Assembly (NCBI GenBank): GCA_963665235.2
Contig: CAXXLX010000002.1
Location: forward strand, 736,001 to 800,000
Direction of reading: 5' to 3'
Length of the DNA stretch: 64,000 nt
Source of the DNA: Candidatus Poribacteria bacterium
Lineage (GTDB): Bacteria > Poribacteria > WGA-4E > WGA-3G
Part shown: positions 29,458 through 39,047 of the stretch, in pieces
Layout of the letters: the number at the start of each line of letters is the position of its first letter
Position numbering within the stretch: position 1 is the stretch's first letter
The notes under the pieces: model-generated
Told to the model about the DNA's origin: nothing
Seen by the model: the letters and a program-made list of their open reading frames with translations, nothing else
Databases searched by the model: none
Made by a program: the position numbers and the translations under genes

Positions 29458-29609
29458 AGTGTAACGTGCATTCGGTCTAAAGTCAGGTTTCGGTGCTGCG
29501 TCCATTGCCGGTTAGGTTAAACTTGGAAAATCCTTAAGTTGACCAGTTATGGATTGAACGCAGCGGAACTGGACACCTTACGAACCCTACACGATACAAA
29601 CGGAGTTGA

Positions 29610-31406
29610 GTGATGCGCCTTCAGTGGAAATACTCGTTAGTTATCAACCTAACGGTGCTTGCAGTTCTCGTCGCGTTTTACTTTTTTGATAGTATCCGAA
29701 TGCGACAGGATATGAACGCGCTCCATGCTTTAGGGGCAGAGCAAGGGGCTGTGCTAAAAAAAATCGCCGAAAACACTATTCTCAACACGATTGTCGCAGA
29801 ACTCACAACCTTACAGACATTTGACCCTGAGCACATCGACCGGGTTATTTTTCGCCTCAAACAGGAATCCCCGGACATGCAAGATGTTTTAAATATACAG
29901 GTCACCTTAGGCGATACACGCATCCGCTCAAGTCTGCTTACACCTGAAGGGACAACAGACATCTACTTGAACATAGATGACCGCCGTCAAATTGAGACAC
30001 AGGGGGCCAAAATTGACGCAATGGTAGGCGAAAATGCTACAACGCTCGTTCTTAAATACGCGGTGCCACCAAAGCGACTGGAGCCACCACATCTGGAACC
30101 GCAAATACCGCTCGAAGAAATTCCGCCTGAAGTGTGGCAAATGCTCTTGCCTAAAAAATTCAATATAGCACCAGATACAACGGTAACTGTGGAACAGGTG
30201 CCACCGGATTTGGCATATCAAAATGCATTGGACCTTGGAAAATTTCCCTATGAACTGTGGCGAATGTTTGTCGCAAATAAAATCTATCTATCACCAGACG
30301 CTACGGTGACTGTCGATGAAAAAAGTGCTAGATGGCACATTACAGATACCGAAAACCAGCATATCCACAGCTTATGGCGGCAGGAGGACACCTTCTATAT
30401 TCACATGCAAAACAACACCGGCTATATCCGAGTGCTTTTTGATGTACCGTATATTGAAAAATCTATCCGGTCCTCTCTGTTCCGGCACGCTATTTTTATC
30501 GTCATTGTTGGCGCATTACTCGTTATTCTCATTAGTTTAACAACAAACCACCTGATTATGAAACCGCTCACACGGATGACAGACATTATTGAGAACGCCG
30601 AAACCGTAGATTTCGCATCGGTACCGCTCACATACTCCGCTGATGAAATCAGCAAAGCGACATCTAATCTGCTACGGGTGTTTTTGCAGCTGAAAACCTC
30701 ACACTCAAAACGAATTACGGCACTCGGCCAATTCGCAGCTGGGGTTGCACACGAAATCCGGAACCCGCTCAATTCAATCGGGATGACAGCCCAACATTTA
30801 AAATCAATTTTTTCACAACCCAAAGTGACCCCCGAAGATATTGCGGAAGCGAAAGAATTCTTAGACATCGTAGATAAAAAAATTCAGGAACTGAAACAGA
30901 CTTCAGAGCAATTTTTGACACTGAATCGCCCACGAAAACTGAACCTGGAACCGATTAATATGAACACGCTCCTTGACTCGGTCCTCTCTGAGTTTGCGTT
31001 GGTCATGGAGGAGGCAAACGTCCAAGTTATTAAACATTACGCACTAGAATTGCCCGATGTGCAGCTAGATACAATGCTAATGCGGCAGACGATTTTCAAT
31101 CTGATACAAAATAGCATCCAAGCCATGCCGAAGGGCGGACGCATTTACCTGACGACTTATCTAGAAGAAACAGCTACTGGGTTCGCAATTCGCGATACTG
31201 GCCCCGGCATTCCTGAAGAAATTCAGGAACGAATTTACGATGCATATTTTACAACAAAAGAGGAAAGCAGCGGCGTAGGCCTCGGTCTAGCGATTTCGCA
31301 TCAGATTATTACCGCACATCAAGGAAAAATTGAACTCAAAAGCAAAGTCGGGATGGGAACAACCTTTAAAATCACGTTCCCACTCAAAACGGTAAATAGC
31401 AATTAG
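29610..31406 (+). CDS. Membrane sensor histidine kinase (NtrB-like)
   Basis: Two TM segments, H-box AHEIRNPL, and NSIQAM, DTGPGI and GLGLAI boxes. Confidence 0.92.
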   Translation: MMRLQWKYSLVINLTVLAVLVAFYFFDSIRMRQDMNALHALGAEQGAVLKKIAENTILNTIVAELTTLQTFDPEHIDRVIFRLKQESPDMQDVLNIQVTLGDTRIRSSLLTPEGTTDIYLNIDDRRQIETQGAKIDAMVGENATTLVLKYAVPPKRLEPPHLEPQIPLEEIPPEVWQMLLPKKFNIAPDTTVTVEQVPPDLAYQNALDLGKFPYELWRMFVANKIYLSPDATVTVDEKSARWHITDTENQHIHSLWRQEDTFYIHMQNNTGYIRVLFDVPYIEKSIRSSLFRHAIFIVIVGALLVILISLTTNHLIMKPLTRMTDIIENAETVDFASVPLTYSADEISKATSNLLRVFLQLKTSHSKRITALGQFAAGVAHEIRNPLNSIGMTAQHLKSIFSQPKVTPEDIAEAKEFLDIVDKKIQELKQTSEQFLTLNRPRKLNLEPINMNTLLDSVLSEFALVMEEANVQVIKHYALELPDVQLDTMLMRQTIFNLIQNSIQAMPKGGRIYLTTYLEETATGFAIRDTGPGIPEEIQERIYDAYFTTKEESSGVGLGLAISHQIITAHQGKIELKSKVGMGTTFKITFPLKTVNSN

Positions 31407-31560
31407 CAATTAGCGATTGGCGATTGGCGATTAATTGGAAACCAGAGGAAGAGGGGTTTGACGCATAGCAGAGATATGCTTAGCATCTCCAAATCTTATC
31501 AAATATCTGGCGAGGAATAGCAGTTTGATGCACAGCAGAGATATGCTTAGCATCACAACC
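31395..31560. repeat. Heptamer-repeat intergenic element
   Basis: (GCAATTA/GCGATTG)n followed by AGAGGAAGAGG. AGCAGAGATATGCTTAGCATC is duplicated at 31467 and 31534. Confidence 0.6.
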
Positions 31561-31646
31561 TTCTTGCTAAATGCTTTGAAAATCGGGCATCAGGCTCACA
31601 GATAGTGTCCAAATTATAGTAAAAACAAAAAACGGAGAAATGAACA

Positions 31647-33056
31647 ATGGCAGCAATCTTGATTGTAGACGATGACAGTGACCAACTTACTATCCTACAA
31701 CGTATCCTGCAACGCGAGGGATACGACGTGGCGACCGCTGAAGACAGCACAGCGGCACTTGATAAAATTAAAGCACAGATGTTTGACTTAGTCATCAGTG
31801 ACATGCGCATGTCATCACAGTTTGAAGGACGCGACCTCCTCCGGGAAATAAAAAAACGTGACCCCGAGCTGCCGGTCTTAATCATGACAGCATTCGCTGA
31901 ACTCAACGATGCAGTGAATCTGGTCACGCACGAAGGTGCGTTTTACTACCTCGAAAAACCGATTCAGCTGGATGTGCTCAAACGTGAGGTAGAACGCGCC
32001 CTCGAAACCCGCGGGGCCCTGGCTGTCAACGAACAGAATACGGAAAACGACGCGCTCCCTCCGTTGCAGATAGAGAATATCATCGGAAAAAGCGAAAAAA
32101 TGCAGGAACTATTCAAAAATATGTCCAGCGTCATTCATCGGGGGGTCAAGCAAGTGCTTATCACCGGGGAAACGGGCAGTGGGAAAACCCTTGTCGCACA
32201 TGCACTCCATGAACACGGAAAACGCAAAGAACATCCGTTCGTGTCCATTAATTGCGGTGCAATTGCGGAAACCTTAATTGAAAGCGAACTGTTTGGACAC
32301 GAAAAGGGGGCGTTTACGGACGCTGTTCAACAGAAGCAGGGTTTCTTTGAAATTGCGAATACCGGTACCCTCTTCCTCGATGAAATCGGGGACATCTCTG
32401 TTCAAACGCAAAGCACGTTACTCCACGCACTGGAAAAACATGAAATACGCCGCGTTGGCGGGACGCAAAACATTAAAGTGGACGTATGCGTTATCACAGC
32501 AACCAACAAAAATCTGGAGCAAGCTGTTAGGGATGGAACGTTCCGTTCAGACTTGTACTTCCGTTTGAACGTCATTCCGCTCAATATTCCGCCACTTCGG
32601 GAACGCCCAGGGGACATCCCGCTTCTCGTGGACTTCTTTATTCAAAAGTTCATCGACGAATATGCGGGTGCTGTGCCGAAACAGTTCACATCGCGTGCCA
32701 TGTCTGCCCTCTGTCGCTATCGGTGGCCGGGCAATGTCCGTCAATTGGAGAACTATCTGCATCGTATCTTCGTCCTGTCCGAAAACGTTGTCATTGACCT
32801 AGACGAACTCCCCCCCGAAATCTTGGACACCTCCCTGCCATCAACCGATTTTGAGATTGACATTCCAGAGAGCGGGGTGTCCTTAGAAGATATTATCAAG
32901 GAATACGTCCGGACCGCTATAGAAAAAACCAATGGCAACCAAAGCAAAGCAGCCGAAATGCTAGGACTCACACGCCGCAAATTGCAGATCCGAATGCAGC
33001 GCTATGGGCTGGACAGCCAAGATTTTAAAGATAACGCGGAGGATGCGGGACCCTAA
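31647..33056 (+). CDS. Sigma54-dependent response regulator (NtrC family)
   Basis: REC domain, GETGSGKT, ESELFGHEKGAFTDA, WPGNVRQL and a Fis-type HTH. Confidence 0.93.
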   Translation: MAAILIVDDDSDQLTILQRILQREGYDVATAEDSTAALDKIKAQMFDLVISDMRMSSQFEGRDLLREIKKRDPELPVLIMTAFAELNDAVNLVTHEGAFYYLEKPIQLDVLKREVERALETRGALAVNEQNTENDALPPLQIENIIGKSEKMQELFKNMSSVIHRGVKQVLITGETGSGKTLVAHALHEHGKRKEHPFVSINCGAIAETLIESELFGHEKGAFTDAVQQKQGFFEIANTGTLFLDEIGDISVQTQSTLLHALEKHEIRRVGGTQNIKVDVCVITATNKNLEQAVRDGTFRSDLYFRLNVIPLNIPPLRERPGDIPLLVDFFIQKFIDEYAGAVPKQFTSRAMSALCRYRWPGNVRQLENYLHRIFVLSENVVIDLDELPPEILDTSLPSTDFEIDIPESGVSLEDIIKEYVRTAIEKTNGNQSKAAEMLGLTRRKLQIRMQRYGLDSQDFKDNAEDAGP

Positions 33057-33146
33057 ATCCTCTAAATTTAAAACTTGACAATTACCGGAGAGATATGATA
33101 TAATACATTTTGAGATAGAAACTTTACAGCACCGAGGAGATGCACT

Positions 33147-34194
33147 GTGGCAGAAAATCGTAACGTACCGCCCTCAAACGGGCAGAAAATCGTAACCCCC
33201 GATAGCAAACTCATCTTGCCCAAACCGTTTGATAACGTTACGGGACGAAGTGTCCGCAAAGACCCGATGGGGTTTGTCACAACGTTCCTCGGCATAGAGG
33301 CGGATACCTGTGAAGTCATTGAAACTGAACAGCTCACTATGAAAACACACATTGCTGGTAGTTTCATATTAGTGACTATCGGGGGTAAGCAAATTATTGT
33401 CCACTGCGAGTTTCAAACACGCGATAGTCGGGATGTCCCGATGCCGTTCCGCATGGCAGGCTACATCGGCAATTGCCTCGCGGCTTACAAATTACCTATC
33501 TGTTCTCATGTCATTTACTTGGATAGAGAGGCAGGGGAGAATGACCCGGGTCAATACGTTCAAGAGATTCCGGGCTATAATATTCACATAGAGTATCGTG
33601 TTATCAGGTTGTGGAAGATGGATGGTCAAAAGCTGTTAGATGCGAATCGTGTGGAGCTTGTTCCGTTTGCGGCGTTGATGGCACCGCCTGCGGAGTTGGA
33701 TGGTCCTGCATGGCTTCGTCGGTGTGTAGAGGTGATTGAAAGTAGTTCAGTTGATGAATCTGCAGAAAATAGAGGCGTTAGCGGATTTTGCGATTTTAGG
33801 TGGTTTAATCTATGGTTCCGAAACGATTTGGAACGCAGTATTGGAGGCAACCGTGATAGAATCTTCTGTTATACAAGACTTAAGTAAAAAATGGATCGCA
33901 CAAGGTGTTGAACAAGGCATCGAACAGGGCCGAGAAGAGGGTATCGAACAGGGGCGACAAGAAGGCATCGAACAAGGCATCGAACAAGGCATCGAACGGG
34001 GGCAAAAACTACAAGCGCGCGAGGCAGTGTTCACAGTGCTAACAGTTCGATTTCAAACCGAGGCAGTGGAGAGACTAAAACCGCTTATGGAGGCGATTGA
34101 CGATTTAGATTACCTTAATCAGTTGCATCTCGCTGCTGCAAAAGCCGACAGCATTGAAGACTTTAGGAACGCCCTATTCAATATCAACCCCTGA
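33147..34194 (+). pseudogene. Rpn family nuclease, frameshifted near 33760
   Basis: The N-part (HCEFQT, MPFRMAGY) and C-part (GIEQG repeats) lie in frames offset by +1. TTGACA-18-TATAAT promoter at 33075-33104. Confidence 0.7.
33853..34194 (+). CDS. Putative internally initiated RpnS protein
   Basis: GGAGG, 5 nt, then an in-frame GTG at 33853, downstream of the frameshift. Confidence 0.5.
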   Translation: MIESSVIQDLSKKWIAQGVEQGIEQGREEGIEQGRQEGIEQGIEQGIERGQKLQAREAVFTVLTVRFQTEAVERLKPLMEAIDDLDYLNQLHLAAAKADSIEDFRNALFNINP

Positions 34195-34599
34195 GTTCAA
34201 TGAGACGACAACTAAAGTCGTAAGCATACTTGCGCCGGCAACTTGGGTTAACGTGAGTTTGAAAAAAGTTTTCGCCTGCTGCGTTCTGCAGTAGTTTTAG
34301 CAAAAGACAGGATGTGTAAAGTTTCTGTACAAGTTACTAAACTTTGGACAATTTTAGGGTGTGTCCAGTCAAAGGGATAGGTGGAAGGGTGGAAGAGTGG
34401 AAGGGTGGATTTCGCGTGTGTTGTCTGAATGCACGGCGCATTCGGACGAGTACGCCGCAAATCGCGGATTGGTGCGGAGGACACGGATTTCGCGGATTGT
34501 AAGTAGTGGGGGCATCACCATTTTGGGATTAATGGTGTTGTGAACATTTTGGATCTGGTGATCGTTGCTAACGCTTTTGGTAGTGCAACAGACACCGAT

Positions 34600-34720
34600 T
34601 TGAAATTTGAGCAGTATCGCAGGGTTGCCACCCGCTATGATAAATATGCTGACCGATACCTCGGATTCGTTTTTTTCACAGCCATACTTATCACTGCTAA
34701 CAAAATGTAAACACTACCTA
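34600..34720 (+). mobile_element. IS5-family transposase 3' remnant with right end
   Basis: Translates as LKFEQYRRVATRYDKYADRYLGFVFFTAILI (IS5 RRxATRYDK motif). Followed by GTAAACACTACC abutting the rhodanese stop codon. Confidence 0.65.
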
Positions 34721-35161
34721 ATAACGTTGGATAGTTGAATCAATCTCCTCCGCCCACCTATCAATACCCCCAGCTACGCTGAGTACGGACCTGACCCCAA
34801 GTTGCTGTAGGAGAACTGCCGCATCAAGACTTCGCATACCCTTGTGGCAGTAAACGATAATTTCCTCACCCGGGGGGAGCTCGGTAAATCGCCGTGGCAG
34901 CTCACCCAGCGGAATAGACACTGCTCCCTCAATGTGCCCTATATGATACTCCCACGTTTCCCTGACATCCAACAAGATAAAATCTTTTCCTGTGTCCATC
35001 ATCTGTTTGAGTTCATTTGGAAAAATAGCGTATTCCTCCGGGTCAAACGGCAGGATAGCCTCCTCTACACTCGGTACTGCCCGCGGTAGAAAATTGTCCC
35101 GTGAGGTTCGGTTGGCAGAAGCGCGGATTTTTTGAAATACCGCTTTGATACGCTCAAACAT
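34718..35161 (-). CDS. Rhodanese-like domain protein
   Basis: Motifs LLDVRE, HIEGA, VYCHKGMRS and GGIDRW. Confidence 0.9.
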   Translation of the reverse strand: MFERIKAVFQKIRASANRTSRDNFLPRAVPSVEEAILPFDPEEYAIFPNELKQMMDTGKDFILLDVRETWEYHIGHIEGAVSIPLGELPRRFTELPPGEEIIVYCHKGMRSLDAAVLLQQLGVRSVLSVAGGIDRWAEEIDSTIQRY

Positions 35162-35190
35162 TTTTTCTTAGTTCCCATCCGAAAGTATTG

Positions 35191-37209
35191 CTAAAATGTG
35201 ATTGTCATCCCCAGTGTTGGAAGAATTGGCAGCAGCGGTTCTTCCGCAATTTCACACCCAATAATAGCATCCGTTTCCTCATCTCGCAGCTCACTGAATG
35301 CATACTGATCGATGTTAGTGCGGTTATACAGGTTCAGAATTTGGAAATACCACGTAAGTTCCCACCGCTTGTAAGGGTTCCGTTTTGTAATTCGAAAATC
35401 GAGACTATGATACGGTGGCAGTCGCTCTGAATGGGTTTCCCCAAACTGCCTGTCGCATGCGATGCTGCCATCTGGCAGCGTTACCGTTTCCTGAATCAAC
35501 GGGGTTTTCGGTTCACCTGTATGGAAACGCCAATTGACATAGAGATGCCAGAGCGGTGAAATCTGATGACTGGCGTTCAAAAAGAGAGAATGTCTTCGGT
35601 CGTACTGCCGAAAAATTGTCTCGTCCCCCGCCTTCTCTTTTGCGATGCCGTAAGCGTAACCGATGCCCCACGTCAAACGTTGTGAAACCGCATGCGTTGC
35701 GAAAACATCGAACCCTTTCGCATCCGCGGTGTCCGGGGAGGTGAAAATCTGCGTCTGCCGCCCAAATTCCCGGAGCCGCCCGACCAGATTGTCAAATTTT
35801 TTGTAATACCCTTCTAATCGTATGAGGAAATTGTCGTTGCGGCTATATTCACAACCGACGATGTAATGCATCGCCTGCTCCGCACGCCCAACCGTCTGGA
35901 TTCCATCTTCAACAGGGATTGTCATCATATCCACTGGCTGGTGATAGAGACCCCATGCGCCCCGAAAGATTAGGTTTTTCATTGGACGCAGCGCGAGCGC
36001 GATTCGGGGCCCAATCTCATAATTTTGTAGTTGAGGTTTCCGATAGTTCTGGAGGACATACCGTCCCCCGACATTAAGGGCAAGCTTCGGGTGAATCTGC
36101 CATTCATCTTGCAGAAATACCTTGATGTCGCTTCCGCTGTCATCAATATCAGCGCGGATGGCGTTATAGTTGTTTATGCCTGCCTGCCGTTCTTGCACGT
36201 CGTATTCATATTCTCCTGCCAACCAACGCCACGTGACACCGCCTCGGAACGTGTGCTTCTCAAAGACGTTAGCCGTCCACTCCGCTTTTGTCCCAAAGAA
36301 CTGAAAGTCGCGATTGTCAAAATCGACCTCTCTTGTCGTTCTATCTTGACGGGATGTGCCAGCAAAAACAAAAACATCTGTCCAGTGTGAGGTTTCGGAA
36401 CCGAAGGTGTGCCGCCATCTCGTCCATGCCGTGAAATTGTCATAACGCGAATCCAGATTATTGTCCGTATCCTCTACCCGTATCAAGTTCTTATCCCACC
36501 CGTATAATCCGTTGAACGTCAATGTATCTGTCTCTGTGAGTTGGTAAGAGAGTTTTCCGTATAGGTCGGCATATTGTGGTTTATACTGTTCGTCAATATC
36601 TATCAGTGCAAGAATCAGGTCTACGTATCCCCGGCGTGCTGATAGCATCCAGCTCCCTTTTTCAGTCAGGGGCCCCTCCAGCATAGCAGTAGCGTTAATG
36701 AGGTCAAGTTCAAAATTTGCGGAGATTTTTTCGGTATTTGCTGCTCGTGTTGTCAGGTCGAACACGCCTGACATCTTTTCTCCGTATTCGGCGGGGAATC
36801 CGCCCATCAGCAATTCGGAACGTTGGATTAGACCGAGTCGGACCAATGAAATTGCACCGCCGAAGTCTTGCAAATGGTATGGATTATAGAGTTCCATCCC
36901 ATCCAATCGGACCGATACGCCATCCTTTTCGCCGCCTCGGACGCTGAAACGCGCGCTATAATCGCTCGCGACGACCCCCGGAAAAATATGCCCCGCCCGC
37001 ATGACATCGTTGCCAATCAACGGAAAACGTTCTATCTCCTCTTTTGACAGAGAGAGTTGTGATGTTGCTCCATCATAAATCGTAAAACGCCCGGGTGTCA
37101 CCACAATTTTGTCAAGCTCTATCGGTTCTGTGGTCTCTTGTGCTTGCACCACAAAAAAACAGCCGATTTGAAAACAGAGAATTAGGGAAAACAACCTAAC
37201 ATTGCACAT
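35191..37209 (-). CDS. TonB-dependent receptor
   Basis: Signal peptide, plug motifs (VRGG, GGFPAEYG), barrel and terminal Phe. ATG at 37209 after GGAGG. Confidence 0.88.
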   Translation of the reverse strand: MCNVRLFSLILCFQIGCFFVVQAQETTEPIELDKIVVTPGRFTIYDGATSQLSLSKEEIERFPLIGNDVMRAGHIFPGVVASDYSARFSVRGGEKDGVSVRLDGMELYNPYHLQDFGGAISLVRLGLIQRSELLMGGFPAEYGEKMSGVFDLTTRAANTEKISANFELDLINATAMLEGPLTEKGSWMLSARRGYVDLILALIDIDEQYKPQYADLYGKLSYQLTETDTLTFNGLYGWDKNLIRVEDTDNNLDSRYDNFTAWTRWRHTFGSETSHWTDVFVFAGTSRQDRTTREVDFDNRDFQFFGTKAEWTANVFEKHTFRGGVTWRWLAGEYEYDVQERQAGINNYNAIRADIDDSGSDIKVFLQDEWQIHPKLALNVGGRYVLQNYRKPQLQNYEIGPRIALALRPMKNLIFRGAWGLYHQPVDMMTIPVEDGIQTVGRAEQAMHYIVGCEYSRNDNFLIRLEGYYKKFDNLVGRLREFGRQTQIFTSPDTADAKGFDVFATHAVSQRLTWGIGYAYGIAKEKAGDETIFRQYDRRHSLFLNASHQISPLWHLYVNWRFHTGEPKTPLIQETVTLPDGSIACDRQFGETHSERLPPYHSLDFRITKRNPYKRWELTWYFQILNLYNRTNIDQYAFSELRDEETDAIIGCEIAEEPLLPILPTLGMTITF

Positions 37210-37318
37210 CAAATAACCTCCGAGTTGAAAAAAGTTAAAAATTATAACCCTGCCTCCATAATATTTTACCATATTTCACCGTTTATAGTAAAATCTATAA
37301 TTATTTGGATAAAAAAAC

Positions 37319-37347
37319 TTGACATCTAATCTGATGCAGTATACAAT
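37319..37347 (+). promoter_or_regulatory. sigma70 promoter
   Basis: TTGACA-17 nt-TACAAT. Confidence 0.65.
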
Positions 37348-37412
37348 CTCTTCACGAGGTAAAGAGGTTAAACAGATTGGCATGAAATTTCAGGATACCG
37401 GAGGATGAAAAC

Positions 37413-38411
37413 ATGGCAAAACTACGTGTAGGTGTTATAGGATGTAGCGGTATTGGGACAACGCACGCATCGGGGTTAGTGGGTTTACCGAACGTCGAAT
37501 TAATCGCCGGATGCGATTTTGTGCAAAGCACCCTGGATGCCTTCAAAGCAAAATGGCAGGGCACTTGGGATGACATCTCCCTTTATACAAATCATCAGGA
37601 GATGCTTGCCGCCGAGAATTTAGATATTGTGACGGTTGCAACTTCTGATCATCGGCATGCTGACCTTGTTGTTGATGCGGCAAACGCAGGGGTTAAAGGA
37701 ATATTCTGTGAAAAACCGATGGCGACCAGCGTGGAAGATGCGGACAGGATGATGGAAGCGACACAACAAAATGGCACAATTTTATCAATTGACCATACCC
37801 GCCGATGGCAACCTTTGTGGCGACATACCAGAGAGGACATCGTCGGGGGCGGACGTATCGGAGATGTACAATATGTCATCGGTACGTTGAGCGGGGGCCG
37901 CGCGATGCTCTTCCGTAATGGGACACACTGTGTTGATGCTATATGCTACTTCGCGGACTCGGAGCCAGAGTGGGTTTCGGCTGAATTAGAGGAGGGCTAC
38001 GAGGATTATGATGAATATAAGGGGGATGGTGGGCATGCCCCATCAACTGAACCATCAGCGCACGGGTATATCCACTTTGCAAACGGCGTGCGCGGCTATT
38101 ATGCTGGCGGCCCGAAGACGACGCAATCCGGCTTTCGTGCGGAGATTGTCGGCACAAACGGCTATATTCTGATTAACGACAGGGGGGCCACAATTCACCA
38201 AGGAGATTCGGTTGAAAACATTGAAGCACCAACGTGGGATGTCGTCGGTATTCCTGCGGGTGTTCAAGAGTTAGTGAAACTTGTCGCCGAAGGCGGCGAG
38301 CCTGTCTCTCCTGGCACTGAGGGGTATAAGGTTGTCCAGATTATCATCGGTTTCCTGACTTCACAACAGCAGGATAATGGAAAGGTGAAGCTGCCGTTGT
38401 CTCAAAGTTAG
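37413..38411 (+). CDS. Gfo/Idh/MocA family oxidoreductase
   Basis: Motifs VGVIGCSGIG, CEKPMA and NGTH. Confidence 0.9.
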   Translation: MAKLRVGVIGCSGIGTTHASGLVGLPNVELIAGCDFVQSTLDAFKAKWQGTWDDISLYTNHQEMLAAENLDIVTVATSDHRHADLVVDAANAGVKGIFCEKPMATSVEDADRMMEATQQNGTILSIDHTRRWQPLWRHTREDIVGGGRIGDVQYVIGTLSGGRAMLFRNGTHCVDAICYFADSEPEWVSAELEEGYEDYDEYKGDGGHAPSTEPSAHGYIHFANGVRGYYAGGPKTTQSGFRAEIVGTNGYILINDRGATIHQGDSVENIEAPTWDVVGIPAGVQELVKLVAEGGEPVSPGTEGYKVVQIIIGFLTSQQQDNGKVKLPLSQS

Positions 38412-38561
38412 TAATGTATATAACGTGAGCTCGGTGTAAGAAATAAGTTTTGATAAATAGAGAGCTCCTATGTTATAACGCGAAGAGGGCTGGCGCGGAT
38501 ATGCTACCAGCCCTATATCCAAGAAAAAGGCAAAAATGGCTTTCTGCGTTTTACCTCTCCT

Positions 38562-39047
38562 CCGCTACTACATCCCAATCCTTTAGGTTTGGGATGTAGT
38601 AGCGGCGCATGAGTTGAAATTTTAATTTGACTTTTTCTAAAAACTGTGGTATAATTATACTGACACTTTTGGATAGCATTGTCACCCTGCACAAACTCAG
38701 TGCAGGTGCTATCCCTCACCCGTGACAAGGTGTGTAGTGTTAGTGTTAGACCACTTTAAAAGTATATCGGGCAGTTAACGCATAATTGAGCGAAAGCTTG
38801 TATCGTGGCGGGGGTGAAAGTCCGCACGTTGTATTGCTGCCACTCTCTTAAATATCGTTCGGATGATTCTATTTCGAACGAGGCACGCGGGGATAGCCAG
38901 GAACCTTCTGACCTGATATGCCCGGAGGATTTTTCACCTGCGGGGAATCGCGTGCGGGTGGAGCGACAGTTAGACGGTAAACTCTCTGAGTAAACCGCAG
39001 TTGCTACGAAACCGAAGCCCACGCCTTTAGGCGTTGGGTGCTATCAC
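38562..39047 (+). ncRNA. Non-autonomous IS200/IS605-type element carrying a promoter and a ~390-nt structured RNA (copy 2)
   Basis: Hairpin CCGCTACTACATCCCA...TGGGATGTAGTAGCGG. TTGACT(38627)-17-TATAAT(38650). Right end GAAGCCCACGCCTTTAGGCGTTGGGTGCTATCAC. The exact left boundary is uncertain. Confidence 0.7.

Noticed and set aside
34354-34543. GTGGAAG(G/A) octamer run and short ORF, possibly the left part of the IS5 remnant
   Set aside because: The match to the right end is poor and no transposase similarity was recognised. It is noted only as low-complexity repeat, with a similar run near 56145.
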